A DNA stretch of 64,000 bases, from the IMG/VR virus record IMGVR_UViG_3300014720_000001, positions 140,622 through 204,621 of that record. One strand, written 5' to 3'. The position numbers were made by a program, and so were the translations under genes. Below are positions 19,729-29,864 of this stretch, in pieces. Each line of letters opens with the position of its first letter. Positions within the stretch are counted from its first letter, which is position 1. Below the pieces are notes generated by a model. The model was given only the letters and a program-made list of their open reading frames with translations. It was not told where the DNA came from and did no database searches.

Positions 19729-21108
19729 TTACTTCTGCGCTGCGCGAGCACGAGCCCGCGCCAGAATATCAGCAGAGTCGCGCTTTGCGGGCCCAGCCTG
19801 CGCCATTGACGGCGGAGCGGGCGGCGCTGGCGGAGCCGAAGCAAAGATATCAGCAACGCTGGCATCTACCTCCGGCGAAACTTCAGCCTCCGGCTGCGGG
19901 TCCCACGGAGCCGGCGGATCAGCCTTTGGCGCCGATCGCTGCCCGTTCGTCGTCAGCGGGCGCTGACGCGGCGCGGGAGGAGGAGGAGTCTCCAGATCCT
20001 CTACCGGCGTCTCTACGCCCTGAAACGTCGACGTGCCCTTCGGCAGTGCCCGGAGGTACTGCGGGAAGTCACGCCACGCGTAATCCAGCGCTTCACGCGG
20101 AAACACGGGAGCCAGCATCTCAGCCTGCTCCTCGTAGGTCGGCAGCCGCAGGTAATCTTCCCACGTGCCGGCCTCCGACACAATCCGATCCGCGTACGGC
20201 TCCAGCGAAAGCTCCTGACCGTTAAACGTGTCATGGAGAATACCAAAGTGTGTGTACTCGCTGCGCGAGTGCGGATACCCAACGATGTACTGCGTGCCCT
20301 GCGGTCCGCGAGCAAACTTCGGGCACTGGAACGTCGTCGGACCTTCCAGACCTGTCGCGATCAAGTTAGCGCTGCCGCTCTTGAACGCTTCGGGCAGAAT
20401 CGTAAACAGCTTCGCCGGCCCAAGGGACAGCATATCGCCGCTCAGGTACTCACCGGTGCTTTCGTCGCGGACATTCAACGCCGCGTGCAGCGCCTCTGCC
20501 GCGCTGGTCTTCAGCCCGATGATCCGCGCGTTACGCTTGGAATCGTCGGAGAAAGCGCCCAGCACGATCTTTCCGTGCTCGTCAACATAGACCGCTGTGG
20601 CTGAAATAAACAGCGTCTTTTCCGGCTTCTTAAGCGAGCCGACGTGAGAGCTGCGGACAAACTCCTTCGACAGCAGGTCCGAAAACAGTCGCCCCAGTGT
20701 CGGGTGCGGGTTGTCCTTAGAGCTGTCATAGGCAACCTTGCGCAGAACGTGCAGCGGGCTCTCGTACAGATTCACGTCGGGGTTACCGTCGTGAATGATG
20801 TAGCAGATGCCCGGATTGCCGACCCAGTGCGCGCACGTCAGCAAACGACTCCAGTCGCCCATGGCAACGTTGTCGTGCCCTTCGCGGAAGCTGGCAAACG
20901 TTTCACCGTTTTTGCCCTCCTCGTAGATGGGAAGCAGCCGAAGGCAAAGGCCGTTTCCGAGGAGTTCACCGCCTGCCGCAATCAGAACGTTATTCTGCTT
21001 GCCGTAGGCGTATCGGCTCTTGTTATTCGAGCCGCCGGTACCGATGTTGTTAGCTTTACGGTACTCAGGATCAATCGCCGCAAAATTAGCCGCGTTATAG
21101 CGTGGCAT
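19729..21108 (-). CDS. putative ssDNA-binding protein (gp32-like)
   Basis: Lies between polymerase and RecA; LRLLP motif; Pro-rich linker ending ADILARARAR as in many phage SSBs. Confidence 0.5.
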   Translation of the reverse strand: MPRYNAANFAAIDPEYRKANNIGTGGSNNKSRYAYGKQNNVLIAAGGELLGNGLCLRLLPIYEEGKNGETFASFREGHDNVAMGDWSRLLTCAHWVGNPGICYIIHDGNPDVNLYESPLHVLRKVAYDSSKDNPHPTLGRLFSDLLSKEFVRSSHVGSLKKPEKTLFISATAVYVDEHGKIVLGAFSDDSKRNARIIGLKTSAAEALHAALNVRDESTGEYLSGDMLSLGPAKLFTILPEAFKSGSANLIATGLEGPTTFQCPKFARGPQGTQYIVGYPHSRSEYTHFGILHDTFNGQELSLEPYADRIVSEAGTWEDYLRLPTYEEQAEMLAPVFPREALDYAWRDFPQYLRALPKGTSTFQGVETPVEDLETPPPPAPRQRPLTTNGQRSAPKADPPAPWDPQPEAEVSPEVDASVADIFASAPPAPPAPPSMAQAGPAKRDSADILARARARAAQK

Positions 21109-21160
21109 ACAAACCTTTCTATGTAATTGAGGGCCCTATTGCCCTTTGTGGATGTCTGCA

Positions 21161-21188
21161 ACTATAGCAGACAAAACCAGTCTGTCTA
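21161..21188 (-). promoter_or_regulatory. sigma70-like promoter upstream of the SSB gene
   Basis: TAGACA-16 nt-TATAGT with extended -10 TG. Confidence 0.4.
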
Positions 21189-24100
21189 GCCCTTCTCATC
21201 GCAAAACCAATCGATCCCCAAACCCCTAGATTTCGCGGGTTTTAGGTTCTCTCCCCAGTGGAAAAACACGTCGCGACTCATGCCGAAATGGTATGGCCCG
21301 GCGTTCTCAATCTTGGTGCCGTCCAACCTATGCGGCCAGAACGGTACCCCAGTTACCATGCACTCTGGAATAACTTCTTTGTAAACGCGCTCGGCGTGCT
21401 CTAGCGGCACAATTAACACAATCGCGTCATGGATCTGCAGCGCGATTTTGTAATCAATATCCGAGTGCTCTTCGCGATACTTGTAGAAGTTGTAAAGCGC
21501 AATCGACACGGCGTCAGCTACTCCGCCTTGAATTGGGAAGTTCTGCGCCTGTCGCTCCTGCTCGCCACGTACAGCGCGGTCCTTGGTGGGCATGAACCGG
21601 CGGAAGCGGCCGTACGGACCAACTAACCAGCCCGGGTCTTGAGACCGCATACGGCACTCTGCCAGAAATGACTTCGTGCCGGGATAAGACTGAAAGTAGG
21701 CGTCAATCATCGCTTGGCACTGATCGGCCGTGACGTCGTGACCTTCCTCTTTGCACTGGCGCGCAAGAGCTTCTGAGCCGCGGCCGTACGGAATGCCGAA
21801 GTTCACGTTTTTGGCTGCAACCCGAAGACCCTTTACACCAGCGTCGGCCATACCCTGTTTTGTGGGCGTGACGCCGCTGAGCCGGAAGGTCTTAACCGCC
21901 TGCTGACTGTGGATGTCGTAGTGATCCGGGTGATCCTCTGGCAGAAGATTACGCCGGACGTGCTCGATCATATTTTTATCTTGGCTCAACCACGCGAGGA
22001 CCGCCAGTTCCGCACCAGTGAGGTCGGTTTCGATACCAACGCAGCCCTTGGGTACACGAAGGATCGAGCGCACGGGATGCTGGTATCGGTCCTTTCCGAG
22101 AATGCGCTTGTAGTCGTCTTCTCGGCGGGAACTGAGGTTCTGCAAAGGAGGTCGGCTGCTGCTGGCTCGGCCTGTTTCCTTCGTCTGAAACATGTGAGTA
22201 CGGACCTTACCGTCGGTGTGGACACAGCCGACAAGACCTTTCTCATACGTGTAATTACCGTTCTCATCGAGTTCGTATTCTCCGTCGTCTGTTTCAGAAG
22301 GTTTACGCAACACGGACTGCAGCACCTGACTGATAAATTTGTAGTCACGGATTTTCGCTGCGGTCGAGTTAATGTGGCCAAGGATGCCCAGACTTTCTTT
22401 GTCCGTGCTGGGTGTCACGGTGTCAGCGTTCAGCCCGCGGTACGTCAACTCGTTCCACAGCACGGGGCGCTTGCCGGTTGTTTTAACCGGCCGCAGATCA
22501 AGCGTCTGCGCCGCCTCTGGGATCGTCGGCGAGTTTGTATACCGGTCAGCGAAATCCCGGCCAAACAGCGCAATGGCGAGCTGCGGCTGCGACTTGGGAT
22601 TAAACTCTGGCCACTGCAGTTCTTCGCGAATCTCGGCCAGTAGTTGCTCCTGCGTGTTCATAAACAGCGTGGTCAACTCGTCCGCGCGATTGCGGTCGAT
22701 TTCAAGGCCAGTCATTTCCATCTCTAGAAACGCCAGCGACGCGTTATGGGCGGTCCAGTACGGCAGCCAGCAGTCGTGGCCTGTGCCGGACCGCGCGATA
22801 ATTCCGTCTTTGCCGTTGGTGCCGTAAAAACGCATCATGATGCGGCGCGTAACGTCGACGTCATACGAGGCGTACGGATGGAGCACGTGCGCCGGACACT
22901 CGCCGTACCCGCCGACTTCACTGGCTTTCAATTTGTTATCAGTACGATACTTTTTCTTCCAGTGGTCGAGCGGTTCCCAATAGGTCGGCGCCGCCGTAAA
23001 CCGCATAGAGCATTCGTCGAGCCCGTAGCGCGCGCACTCGTTCACGGCGTGATACATCAGGCTCGTGTCCCAGCCGCCGTGCGTGCGGTCGTCCGGGTCT
23101 TCGGCGGGCGCATACTCCGGCCGAACGTCCACACCGAAATCAACGAGCCACGGCAAGTCAGCGCGGAAGAAGTGCCCGCCAACGCGGACATGACGATCAG
23201 GCGTGCTTTTCAGCAGACGAATCATTTGCTGGCGAGCCGCGTTCAGATTTGGCTGGAACGCTTCCGCGCCGCCTTGGTGCCGCAGAACTATTGTTCGGGC
23301 CCACTTGTCTTTATTTGATATCTGAACCGTCCGCAGATACGCGCCGTCTTCCGTCGGATAGTCGCCGTGCCACTCACAATCGATGGCGATGATATTGGCG
23401 TTCGGGTCCGGGTCGGCGAGCATGGCGTCCACGACTTCCGCTAGCGCCTCTTCGGTATAGATATCAGCGTGGTCAACCGCTTCTTCGTCCAGCAGTTCGT
23501 CGTGAATAAGCGCTTTGAACCGCCGGATCTGCCCGACAAAATCTTCTGTTGCTTCAGGCTTGCGCACGACAAATGCCGGGTGCATCACCGACATGGCTTT
23601 CATAGTGCGAGTGTTGCCGTCCGCGTCGGGCGCTGAGATATCTAAAATCCGCCCGGCTAATCCCGTCACCGCGGCGTTGGTACGCATCACCGCTTTTATG
23701 GCCTCGTTGCCGAGACACAAAATAAACTCGGGCTGGACGATGCGGATTTCCTGCTCCAGCAAAATCGCGCAGTTCTTGATCCACGCGGCCGGTACAGCCG
23801 TGATTTCAAACGGCGCGGCAAACTTACACGCAAACGTGACGTACCAGCTTTCGTACATCTCGGGCGGAATACCGCACTCTTCGAAGATCTCGGCCAGCGC
23901 GGTCATGGCTGGACCGGCCGTGGCGTTCAAGCTTTCCATCTCGTAGTAGCCGGGCAGTTTGCCGACGACCATCACCCGCGCTTTGTGCCACGGGCCGTAT
24001 GTCTCGACGGCGGCTGATTTTTTGCCCCAGATATGGCCGGGCAAAAACGAAACCGGAATCAGCTCTTTTGACGACTTGTGCGAGATTGGCAGGTGAAAGT

Positions 24101-24353
24101 CCGGCCGGTAAAGCGCATTGCGATACAAGTTCGTCAAGTGCGTCCCAACCGGCACGCTCTTCTTTTTCTTCGCGCTCGCTTCATCAATTTCATCGCCCAG
24201 CACCACTGCGTGCGCAATGAAGTCTGGGCCGGCTGGCGGCATACCCGGATCCGTAAGCGGAATGAACGGGTATGCCGCAGCCGTAAAGTCTTCTGTATTC
24301 GGATCGTACAGCGTCTGCGTCAGACGGTGCGTAAGCGAAATACCCTGTGCCAT
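21186..24353 (-). CDS. polA: family A DNA polymerase with N-terminal UDG-like domain and 3'-5' exonuclease (SPO1-like architecture)
   Basis: UDG-like VMVVGKLPG...EIRIVQPEFILCLG...HPA; exo DCE, YASYD; pol motifs DLTGAEL, RVAAKNVNFGIPYG, NFPIQG, QIHD. Confidence 0.95.
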   Translation of the reverse strand: MAQGISLTHRLTQTLYDPNTEDFTAAAYPFIPLTDPGMPPAGPDFIAHAVVLGDEIDEASAKKKKSVPVGTHLTNLYRNALYRPDFHLPISHKSSKELIPVSFLPGHIWGKKSAAVETYGPWHKARVMVVGKLPGYYEMESLNATAGPAMTALAEIFEECGIPPEMYESWYVTFACKFAAPFEITAVPAAWIKNCAILLEQEIRIVQPEFILCLGNEAIKAVMRTNAAVTGLAGRILDISAPDADGNTRTMKAMSVMHPAFVVRKPEATEDFVGQIRRFKALIHDELLDEEAVDHADIYTEEALAEVVDAMLADPDPNANIIAIDCEWHGDYPTEDGAYLRTVQISNKDKWARTIVLRHQGGAEAFQPNLNAARQQMIRLLKSTPDRHVRVGGHFFRADLPWLVDFGVDVRPEYAPAEDPDDRTHGGWDTSLMYHAVNECARYGLDECSMRFTAAPTYWEPLDHWKKKYRTDNKLKASEVGGYGECPAHVLHPYASYDVDVTRRIMMRFYGTNGKDGIIARSGTGHDCWLPYWTAHNASLAFLEMEMTGLEIDRNRADELTTLFMNTQEQLLAEIREELQWPEFNPKSQPQLAIALFGRDFADRYTNSPTIPEAAQTLDLRPVKTTGKRPVLWNELTYRGLNADTVTPSTDKESLGILGHINSTAAKIRDYKFISQVLQSVLRKPSETDDGEYELDENGNYTYEKGLVGCVHTDGKVRTHMFQTKETGRASSSRPPLQNLSSRREDDYKRILGKDRYQHPVRSILRVPKGCVGIETDLTGAELAVLAWLSQDKNMIEHVRRNLLPEDHPDHYDIHSQQAVKTFRLSGVTPTKQGMADAGVKGLRVAAKNVNFGIPYGRGSEALARQCKEEGHDVTADQCQAMIDAYFQSYPGTKSFLAECRMRSQDPGWLVGPYGRFRRFMPTKDRAVRGEQERQAQNFPIQGGVADAVSIALYNFYKYREEHSDIDYKIALQIHDAIVLIVPLEHAERVYKEVIPECMVTGVPFWPHRLDGTKIENAGPYHFGMSRDVFFHWGENLKPAKSRGLGIDWFCDEKG

Positions 24354-24359
24354 AACGCC

Positions 24360-25427
24360 TCACAACAAAAACGAAAGATCTGCCGAAACATCCACAGCAT
24401 CTGCGGACGCCGACAACATTTCAAATAACTCAGACCGGGAGTAGTCAGCTGGATCACGATCATCGGGCAAGATGACCGGCACAACATTAACGTTCCGCTG
24501 GCAAAGAGCCGACACGACCTGCTCTAGCTCTGTCTGCGCGTCGTGGTCGAGCACAACGAACACAGGCTTATTTGCCCATGTCGTTGCGATCGTGTTGCAC
24601 TGCCACGCTGACAACGTCTTACCAAAAATGCAGACGCCGGCAACCCCTAGCCGCCAAACGCTCGGCACGCCCTCGACCACGACGGCAACCGGCTGCGTAG
24701 CCGCGTTGTCGTAGTTGTAAAGAACCTGACTTTTGCGCATGCCGTTGTAGTACTTGACGGTCATCTTGCTGTTGCCAACAACGCGACCCTGCCAGCCGAC
24801 CAACTGCCCGTGAAAATGAACCGGAATGTAAATACGGCCGTGCATAATCCGATGCTTGTCCAGCCGCGGATTTACGCACACGCCGATTTGAAACATTTCG
24901 GCTAGCTCGGCGGGGTCAAAACCGCGGCCGGTCAAATAATCAATCGCCGGGTGGTACGCAGGCAACGTAGCAAGCGGAAGTATCTCTCCCGGCGGTTCAA
25001 TCGTCTCGTGCGCCGTGTCGAGCGGCACGGAGCGAATTGGTGTCCGCAGCATGAGTCGCCGGCCGGCGCCGAAAACCATGTCTTCAAACTGCTCAAGCCG
25101 GCCGGGCTTATCGAGACAGTTTTCGTTGTAGCACACCACCAGATGCGTGTTTGCCCGACGACCGTTGCGAATGTCTGCTCCGTACCGGTGATTTACCCAC
25201 AGACGACTTCGCTGGTCGCGACAAAACGGACAACACACGCAGTAATACTCACCCCAGTTTCCGCGATACGTAACCTTACCGCGGCGGAGTGGATCATCAA
25301 ATTGTTCGACCTGCGCGGGCACACCTTCGTTTGCGATAGTTACCTCGCCGAACTTGTGCGCGAGCAGACCGTACAGTACGGGATTCAGGGGATTTGAACT
25401 TGGCGTCTTTGAAACCGCCATTTTCAT
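24360..25427 (-). CDS. DNA primase (Zn finger + TOPRIM)
   Basis: CPFC...CYNENC; RIYIPV, GWQGR, KY, VVEG, LDHD, DPAD. Confidence 0.9.
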   Translation of the reverse strand: MKMAVSKTPSSNPLNPVLYGLLAHKFGEVTIANEGVPAQVEQFDDPLRRGKVTYRGNWGEYYCVCCPFCRDQRSRLWVNHRYGADIRNGRRANTHLVVCYNENCLDKPGRLEQFEDMVFGAGRRLMLRTPIRSVPLDTAHETIEPPGEILPLATLPAYHPAIDYLTGRGFDPAELAEMFQIGVCVNPRLDKHRIMHGRIYIPVHFHGQLVGWQGRVVGNSKMTVKYYNGMRKSQVLYNYDNAATQPVAVVVEGVPSVWRLGVAGVCIFGKTLSAWQCNTIATTWANKPVFVVLDHDAQTELEQVVSALCQRNVNVVPVILPDDRDPADYSRSELFEMLSASADAVDVSADLSFLL

Positions 25428-25438
25428 ACTGACTCCTC

Positions 25439-27115
25439 TCACGACATCATGTCTTCAGCAAATGTGTCTACCGGAATAATACGCCGAACAGCCGAACGCG
25501 GACGGGTGAGTGCCGCCGCTTCTTCTGGACTAACCGGCGCGATGTCGCCGCGCTGAATGATGCGCTTGGCGGCTTCAGACGCGGTGTACTCGTCGTTTAC
25601 AAGACGAATCTCGGCAACTTTGTCATCAATCTTGATCAAACCTTTGAGGTTATCTGCCCGAAGGTAACGCAACTTCGACCAGTAGATCGTCGAAACATGG
25701 CACGCCTCATCGCGCGCATTTACGCAAAGGCACGCGTGCAGATTCTCCGCGAACGACTTTGAACCGGACGCGTCAGCATGCGAAACGTACCGATACGGGG
25801 GGATGTTTTTAACTTCACCCTGCGCGAGCTGATGCGCCAGCATAATTACAGCGCCCGACGGCACCGCAATCCTCGCCCGTAACTGGTCAACTGCGTTTTT
25901 GATTGGCCGCGCCATCGACTCTGAATACTTCGTCTTGACGTTGGCGTTCATTTCACGCTCAACCATGACGCCGCAATAGTCGATGGCCACAAACCCAATT
26001 TCCATTCCACGCTCGCGGGCCAGTTGCTCCAGCGCCACGACAATCTCCGCCACGCCGCCAGCGCCGCGATTACCGGTCTTCTCGTTCTGCGAAAAGTCCA
26101 GATACATAAAGTTATGATTAAACCACGAAATAGCGGCGACCCAACGCTCGCGTTCACCGAACATGACTTCGCCGTTTCGATTGACCGGCAACTCGCGATC
26201 GTAGTCTTTAAGGTTGTCAGCGGTCGACAGCTCATTCCAAAAGTCACGCCCGACGGCAAACAACGAACGATCAATTTGCGCAGCAGCAGACCAGAACGTC
26301 GGATTCATCTTTTCGGCCGGATCTTCGTAGCCGATAAATACCGACAGTTTATTGGGCGAGTTTGCGGCATACTGCTGTGCCATACGGACAGCCGTAACGG
26401 CCAGAAGTGTCGTCTTACCGCCGCCATAGGGCCCTAAGACGCCAATAATGTCACCTGCCCGAAAACCTTGCAGGTACTCGTCAATAAACGGCAGCGTCGT
26501 TGGGACCGCGACCGGCGGGAGCGCAATGGGCGATCCGGGCTCAGGCATCATGGCCGCGTTCTCAAACCGCTTGCCCAGTGCCTCGACCGATTGTGCTTTT
26601 CTCGTCCACTGCGCTAACTGCGACTCTAGGTTCTCCGGCGCGCCGCCCAAAGTATTCAGTACGGCCTGCGCCTCGCCTTTGACCATGCGCTCGCGAATAA
26701 ACCGGCGAGTGATGTCCTCGATGTAGGACTTCTCGGCGCGAGCTTCGGTTTCGGCCAGCGGAGTAACGCTAAAAGACGCGTCGACAAAACGGACCAACTC
26801 CTCGACCGCGTCGTTACTTAACGGAAGGGCAGAGGTACCGGCGACGGCGCTGTCACGCCACGCCAGTAATCGCGTGTTGATCATTTCGGCCGTGAGCGCG
26901 CCGAACTGTTCGTACAGTTCTTTCATCGCCGCAAACAGATAGTAAAACGGCAACTCGTCCAGCGTCTGACCGAAATGGCCGTGTGTAAGCCCAACGCGCA
27001 ACGAATCACGCAGCAGGGAGGAGTGCTGTAGAAACCCCGAGATCATCGTGCCAATCTCGGACGTTGTCACCGCGTCGACTGTCTTTAATTTTTCGTCTAT
27101 GAACTCACTAGGCAT
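25439..27115 (-). CDS. DnaB-like replicative helicase
   Basis: GPYGGGKTT, FIGYE, VAIDY, LAHQL; adjacent to primase. Confidence 0.85.
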   Translation of the reverse strand: MPSEFIDEKLKTVDAVTTSEIGTMISGFLQHSSLLRDSLRVGLTHGHFGQTLDELPFYYLFAAMKELYEQFGALTAEMINTRLLAWRDSAVAGTSALPLSNDAVEELVRFVDASFSVTPLAETEARAEKSYIEDITRRFIRERMVKGEAQAVLNTLGGAPENLESQLAQWTRKAQSVEALGKRFENAAMMPEPGSPIALPPVAVPTTLPFIDEYLQGFRAGDIIGVLGPYGGGKTTLLAVTAVRMAQQYAANSPNKLSVFIGYEDPAEKMNPTFWSAAAQIDRSLFAVGRDFWNELSTADNLKDYDRELPVNRNGEVMFGERERWVAAISWFNHNFMYLDFSQNEKTGNRGAGGVAEIVVALEQLARERGMEIGFVAIDYCGVMVEREMNANVKTKYSESMARPIKNAVDQLRARIAVPSGAVIMLAHQLAQGEVKNIPPYRYVSHADASGSKSFAENLHACLCVNARDEACHVSTIYWSKLRYLRADNLKGLIKIDDKVAEIRLVNDEYTASEAAKRIIQRGDIAPVSPEEAAALTRPRSAVRRIIPVDTFAEDMMS

Positions 27116-27875
27116 CGTAATTTCTCCAATACTGCCTTATCTCGACAACGCCGAGTTTAATTTCGTTTTCTATCCACCATGCGTATTCTGGATGCGTCGC
27201 GATTACGGCGTCATATGACCGCTGCTGCGCTTCGTAATCCAGCGCGGCTTTCCATAAATAACGCTCGACGGCTTTTTCGCAGTTACGGCGAGAGGCAAAC
27301 GCGTTTCGAAAAAACGGAGTCGCTGTGACGTAACTTTCGTCGCAGAGTACGTATAGTTCCTGCGTGGCCTCCGGCATTTTGTATATCGCGGTTGTTGACA
27401 TTCGTAACTTCAACGTCTCTGCCGCCACGTGAAAACGATCTTTAAGTATCCGCGGCATATGAGTCATGTAGTCGCGGTAAATCTCGGCTGACTTGGCGCT
27501 GTACAAAATCGCTGGGCGCATTTCCGTCAAACGCTGATTGCCGGTCGCAATGCGTTCGGTCGCAATGGCCGAAAAATGCGCGTATACCCAGCCGCCAAGA
27601 TCCGCGTCGACACGTTCTGCGGCGCGAAGAATTTTGCCCCAGACAGGCGTGTGTTTTACGCCGTAGGAGTCTTTACCGCCGTCCCATGACGGCCTACGCC
27701 GAGTATGCGTATTTGCGTCCCAGTCGTGGACGCGTTCATTTAGATATATGTACTGGTACCGGATGTAAGCAAGTTTTTGCTCCGGCGTCAGAAACCTGTA
27801 CCAGTCAGCTGATAATAGATCTACATCATTCCCCGCTATCTGCTCCGCGGGTTCGCCAAGAGCGCTGCGCGTCAT
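27108..27875 (-). CDS. hypothetical protein in the replication operon
   Basis: Start MTRSAL with GGAG; lies between the SF2 and DnaB helicases. Confidence 0.75.
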   Translation of the reverse strand: MTRSALGEPAEQIAGNDVDLLSADWYRFLTPEQKLAYIRYQYIYLNERVHDWDANTHTRRRPSWDGGKDSYGVKHTPVWGKILRAAERVDADLGGWVYAHFSAIATERIATGNQRLTEMRPAILYSAKSAEIYRDYMTHMPRILKDRFHVAAETLKLRMSTTAIYKMPEATQELYVLCDESYVTATPFFRNAFASRRNCEKAVERYLWKAALDYEAQQRSYDAVIATHPEYAWWIENEIKLGVVEIRQYWRNYDA

Positions 27876-29364
27876 GCCAATTCTGCTCCCATCCGAGGAG
27901 TTTATAGCTGTTTCGTCGCCCCAGACTCTTCCGATAGAAGGTCGGGTCGAACGTGTCCATGCAATCCAATACTTCGCCAAACTCTTTTCGCGTGCCGTCT
28001 GGAGCTGTGTAAATTCGACTTACACGCCCCGGACCCTGCACGTCCACAATATCGCTATCGCGGTCATCGGCGCGGACAAGAACATTTAGTTGTTCAAAGT
28101 CGACACCGGTGGCCCATACGTCCGTGGCGATTACGCGCTTGAGTTGTCCAGCCTCGAACTGAGAACGCATGTCGTACTTTTGAATGTCTGTGAGCGGCTT
28201 GTAGTCGGCGGGCAAAAGGCCCTTTTTCCGATAGCCGGCACAGTCATAAGGCGACATGTTTCCATATACGAGACTGAAATCAGGCAATTGCGCGCCGAGA
28301 TGAACAGCGTGTTCAATCGTCTCTACGAGGATCAGAATTTGGTGAGATTCTGGATATCCCCGCACGGCTTCGGCGATGATACGGTTCCGCTCATGGTTTG
28401 TCCAGATGCCGTATCGCTTTCGCGCCACACGGTTGTTGTAGCGCTCGGCAGGGTTCGCACGCAGCCGCATGGGAAGCCAATTGACTCGCACCGGCACAAC
28501 CAGCCCAAGCTCGACAGCGTTCTGGTAGGTCAACTCGAATACCATCGGGCCGAACATGGGCTCAAGCACCGCATGAGCGTTGTCCATTCGGGCGTATGGC
28601 GTCGCGCTCAAACCAAAGTTGCGGCTTGTGCGATAGCGGGCGGCTAGCGCCGTAGAGAAATTGATCGTAGCGAGCTGGTGAACCTCGTCGGCAAACAGGA
28701 AGTCTGCATCGCCATCCGAGTGCGCCAAGCTGCCAGCCGTGATCACCGTGACGCGCTCCCACTGTTTCCAGCCGTCGCCTACGCGGCCCACTTTCGGCAA
28801 AAGCCGTTTCAGGCTGCGCACGATACGGTCGGCTACGTCCACGGACTTTGTAACGACGTGGATCTTGGCGGTAGGAAACAACAGTGCGGCAGCGCCGATC
28901 AGGGTCGTTTTGCCGAACCCGGTGACCGCCTTGATAATTCCGCACGGCACACGAGAGATCGTGCGTAAACATTCTTCCTGTCGGGCGCGAAACGTAATCC
29001 GACCGTCCAGATTCTCCCACTGCGGCGTAAAGCAGTCTGGCCGCTTTCGCTGGCCGGACCGATCTACAAGCAACGTGGGACAACCAAGCTTTTTCAGGCG
29101 GTTGACCATGCGCGCCAGATATCCGCTCAGCACAACAACATGGCCGTGCTCGACGCGGTATAGCTTGTATTCTTTTGTCTGAAAGAACATGCGCTGTCCA
29201 GTAATCGGATCCCGGCGCGCTTGTCCGTGAACCTGCTCGACGTGAGAGTATCGCAGGTCGTGTGTGAGCCGCTTGATCAGCTCTTCGTTTAATGGCGCAT
29301 TGTCTGCGCCGGTCAGCGTTAAAACGTTGCCAACGCGTGTAATTGTTACCGGTTGTGCAAGCAT
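27826..29364 (-). CDS. superfamily 2 helicase (UvsW/XPB-like)
   Basis: R..Q, TGFGKT, DEVH, GLSATP, ATDVWATGVD, QGPGRVSR. Confidence 0.92.
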   Translation of the reverse strand: MLAQPVTITRVGNVLTLTGADNAPLNEELIKRLTHDLRYSHVEQVHGQARRDPITGQRMFFQTKEYKLYRVEHGHVVVLSGYLARMVNRLKKLGCPTLLVDRSGQRKRPDCFTPQWENLDGRITFRARQEECLRTISRVPCGIIKAVTGFGKTTLIGAAALLFPTAKIHVVTKSVDVADRIVRSLKRLLPKVGRVGDGWKQWERVTVITAGSLAHSDGDADFLFADEVHQLATINFSTALAARYRTSRNFGLSATPYARMDNAHAVLEPMFGPMVFELTYQNAVELGLVVPVRVNWLPMRLRANPAERYNNRVARKRYGIWTNHERNRIIAEAVRGYPESHQILILVETIEHAVHLGAQLPDFSLVYGNMSPYDCAGYRKKGLLPADYKPLTDIQKYDMRSQFEAGQLKRVIATDVWATGVDFEQLNVLVRADDRDSDIVDVQGPGRVSRIYTAPDGTRKEFGEVLDCMDTFDPTFYRKSLGRRNSYKLLGWEQNWHDAQRSWRTRGADSGE

Positions 29365-29365
29365 G

Positions 29366-29863
29366 CTATCCGTCGCTTCCCGGCCCTGAGACGGGTTCGA
29401 CGGAAAGGACTTCAAATGTCCCATATTTTTCCTGTGCGTTGTTGAACGGGGAAAACCCCCGATACTTCCCGACCAAGGTGAGTAAATGCACAAAGTCTCC
29501 CAGTGAAATCTCCTCCGGAAGCACCGCCGACAATATCACAATGTCGCCGGGGCGAAAAGCCTCGTGCAGCGCGTAGTGGCTGCGCATCTGATTATCGGCC
29601 TGTTGCGTCAAAATCGTGCGGCGCCAGTCGTTTCTGGGCTCGCCCATGACGATTGGGCACCAATCAATTTTTTTGACGTCGCTGTGGTGCCGGTTGGCGA
29701 TCTTGGCCGCATACCGCATACACGACAGCCACGCCGACGGCAGAAACATGACACGCTGGCTGGGGTCACGGTCGAAGCAGAAAATAATCTGTCCGTGCCG
29801 CCGCTTTTTGGCGGCTCCGAGGCACACGCGGTTGAACCGGATTTTGATAGTTATTTCCTGCAT
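29366..29863 (-). CDS. stand-alone RAMP (Cas7/Csm3-like) protein
   Basis: ITIKIRF...CLG; FDRD...RVMFLPSAW.S.MR.AA; HEAFRPG; LL..VGKYRGFSPF...YGTFEV (degenerate G-rich loop before the last strand). Confidence 0.6.
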   Translation of the reverse strand: MQEITIKIRFNRVCLGAAKKRRHGQIIFCFDRDPSQRVMFLPSAWLSCMRYAAKIANRHHSDVKKIDWCPIVMGEPRNDWRRTILTQQADNQMRSHYALHEAFRPGDIVILSAVLPEEISLGDFVHLLTLVGKYRGFSPFNNAQEKYGTFEVLSVEPVSGPGSDG

Positions 29864-29864
29864 G

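Noticed and set aside
18698-19966. 422-aa plus-strand ORF
   Set aside because: Antisense shadow of RecA/SSB caused by GC-rich codon bias; no recognisable motifs
21186-27115. Inteins or introns in polymerase, primase or helicase
   Set aside because: Motif spacing is continuous; no C...HN-C/S/T splice motifs or LAGLIDADG blocks noticed
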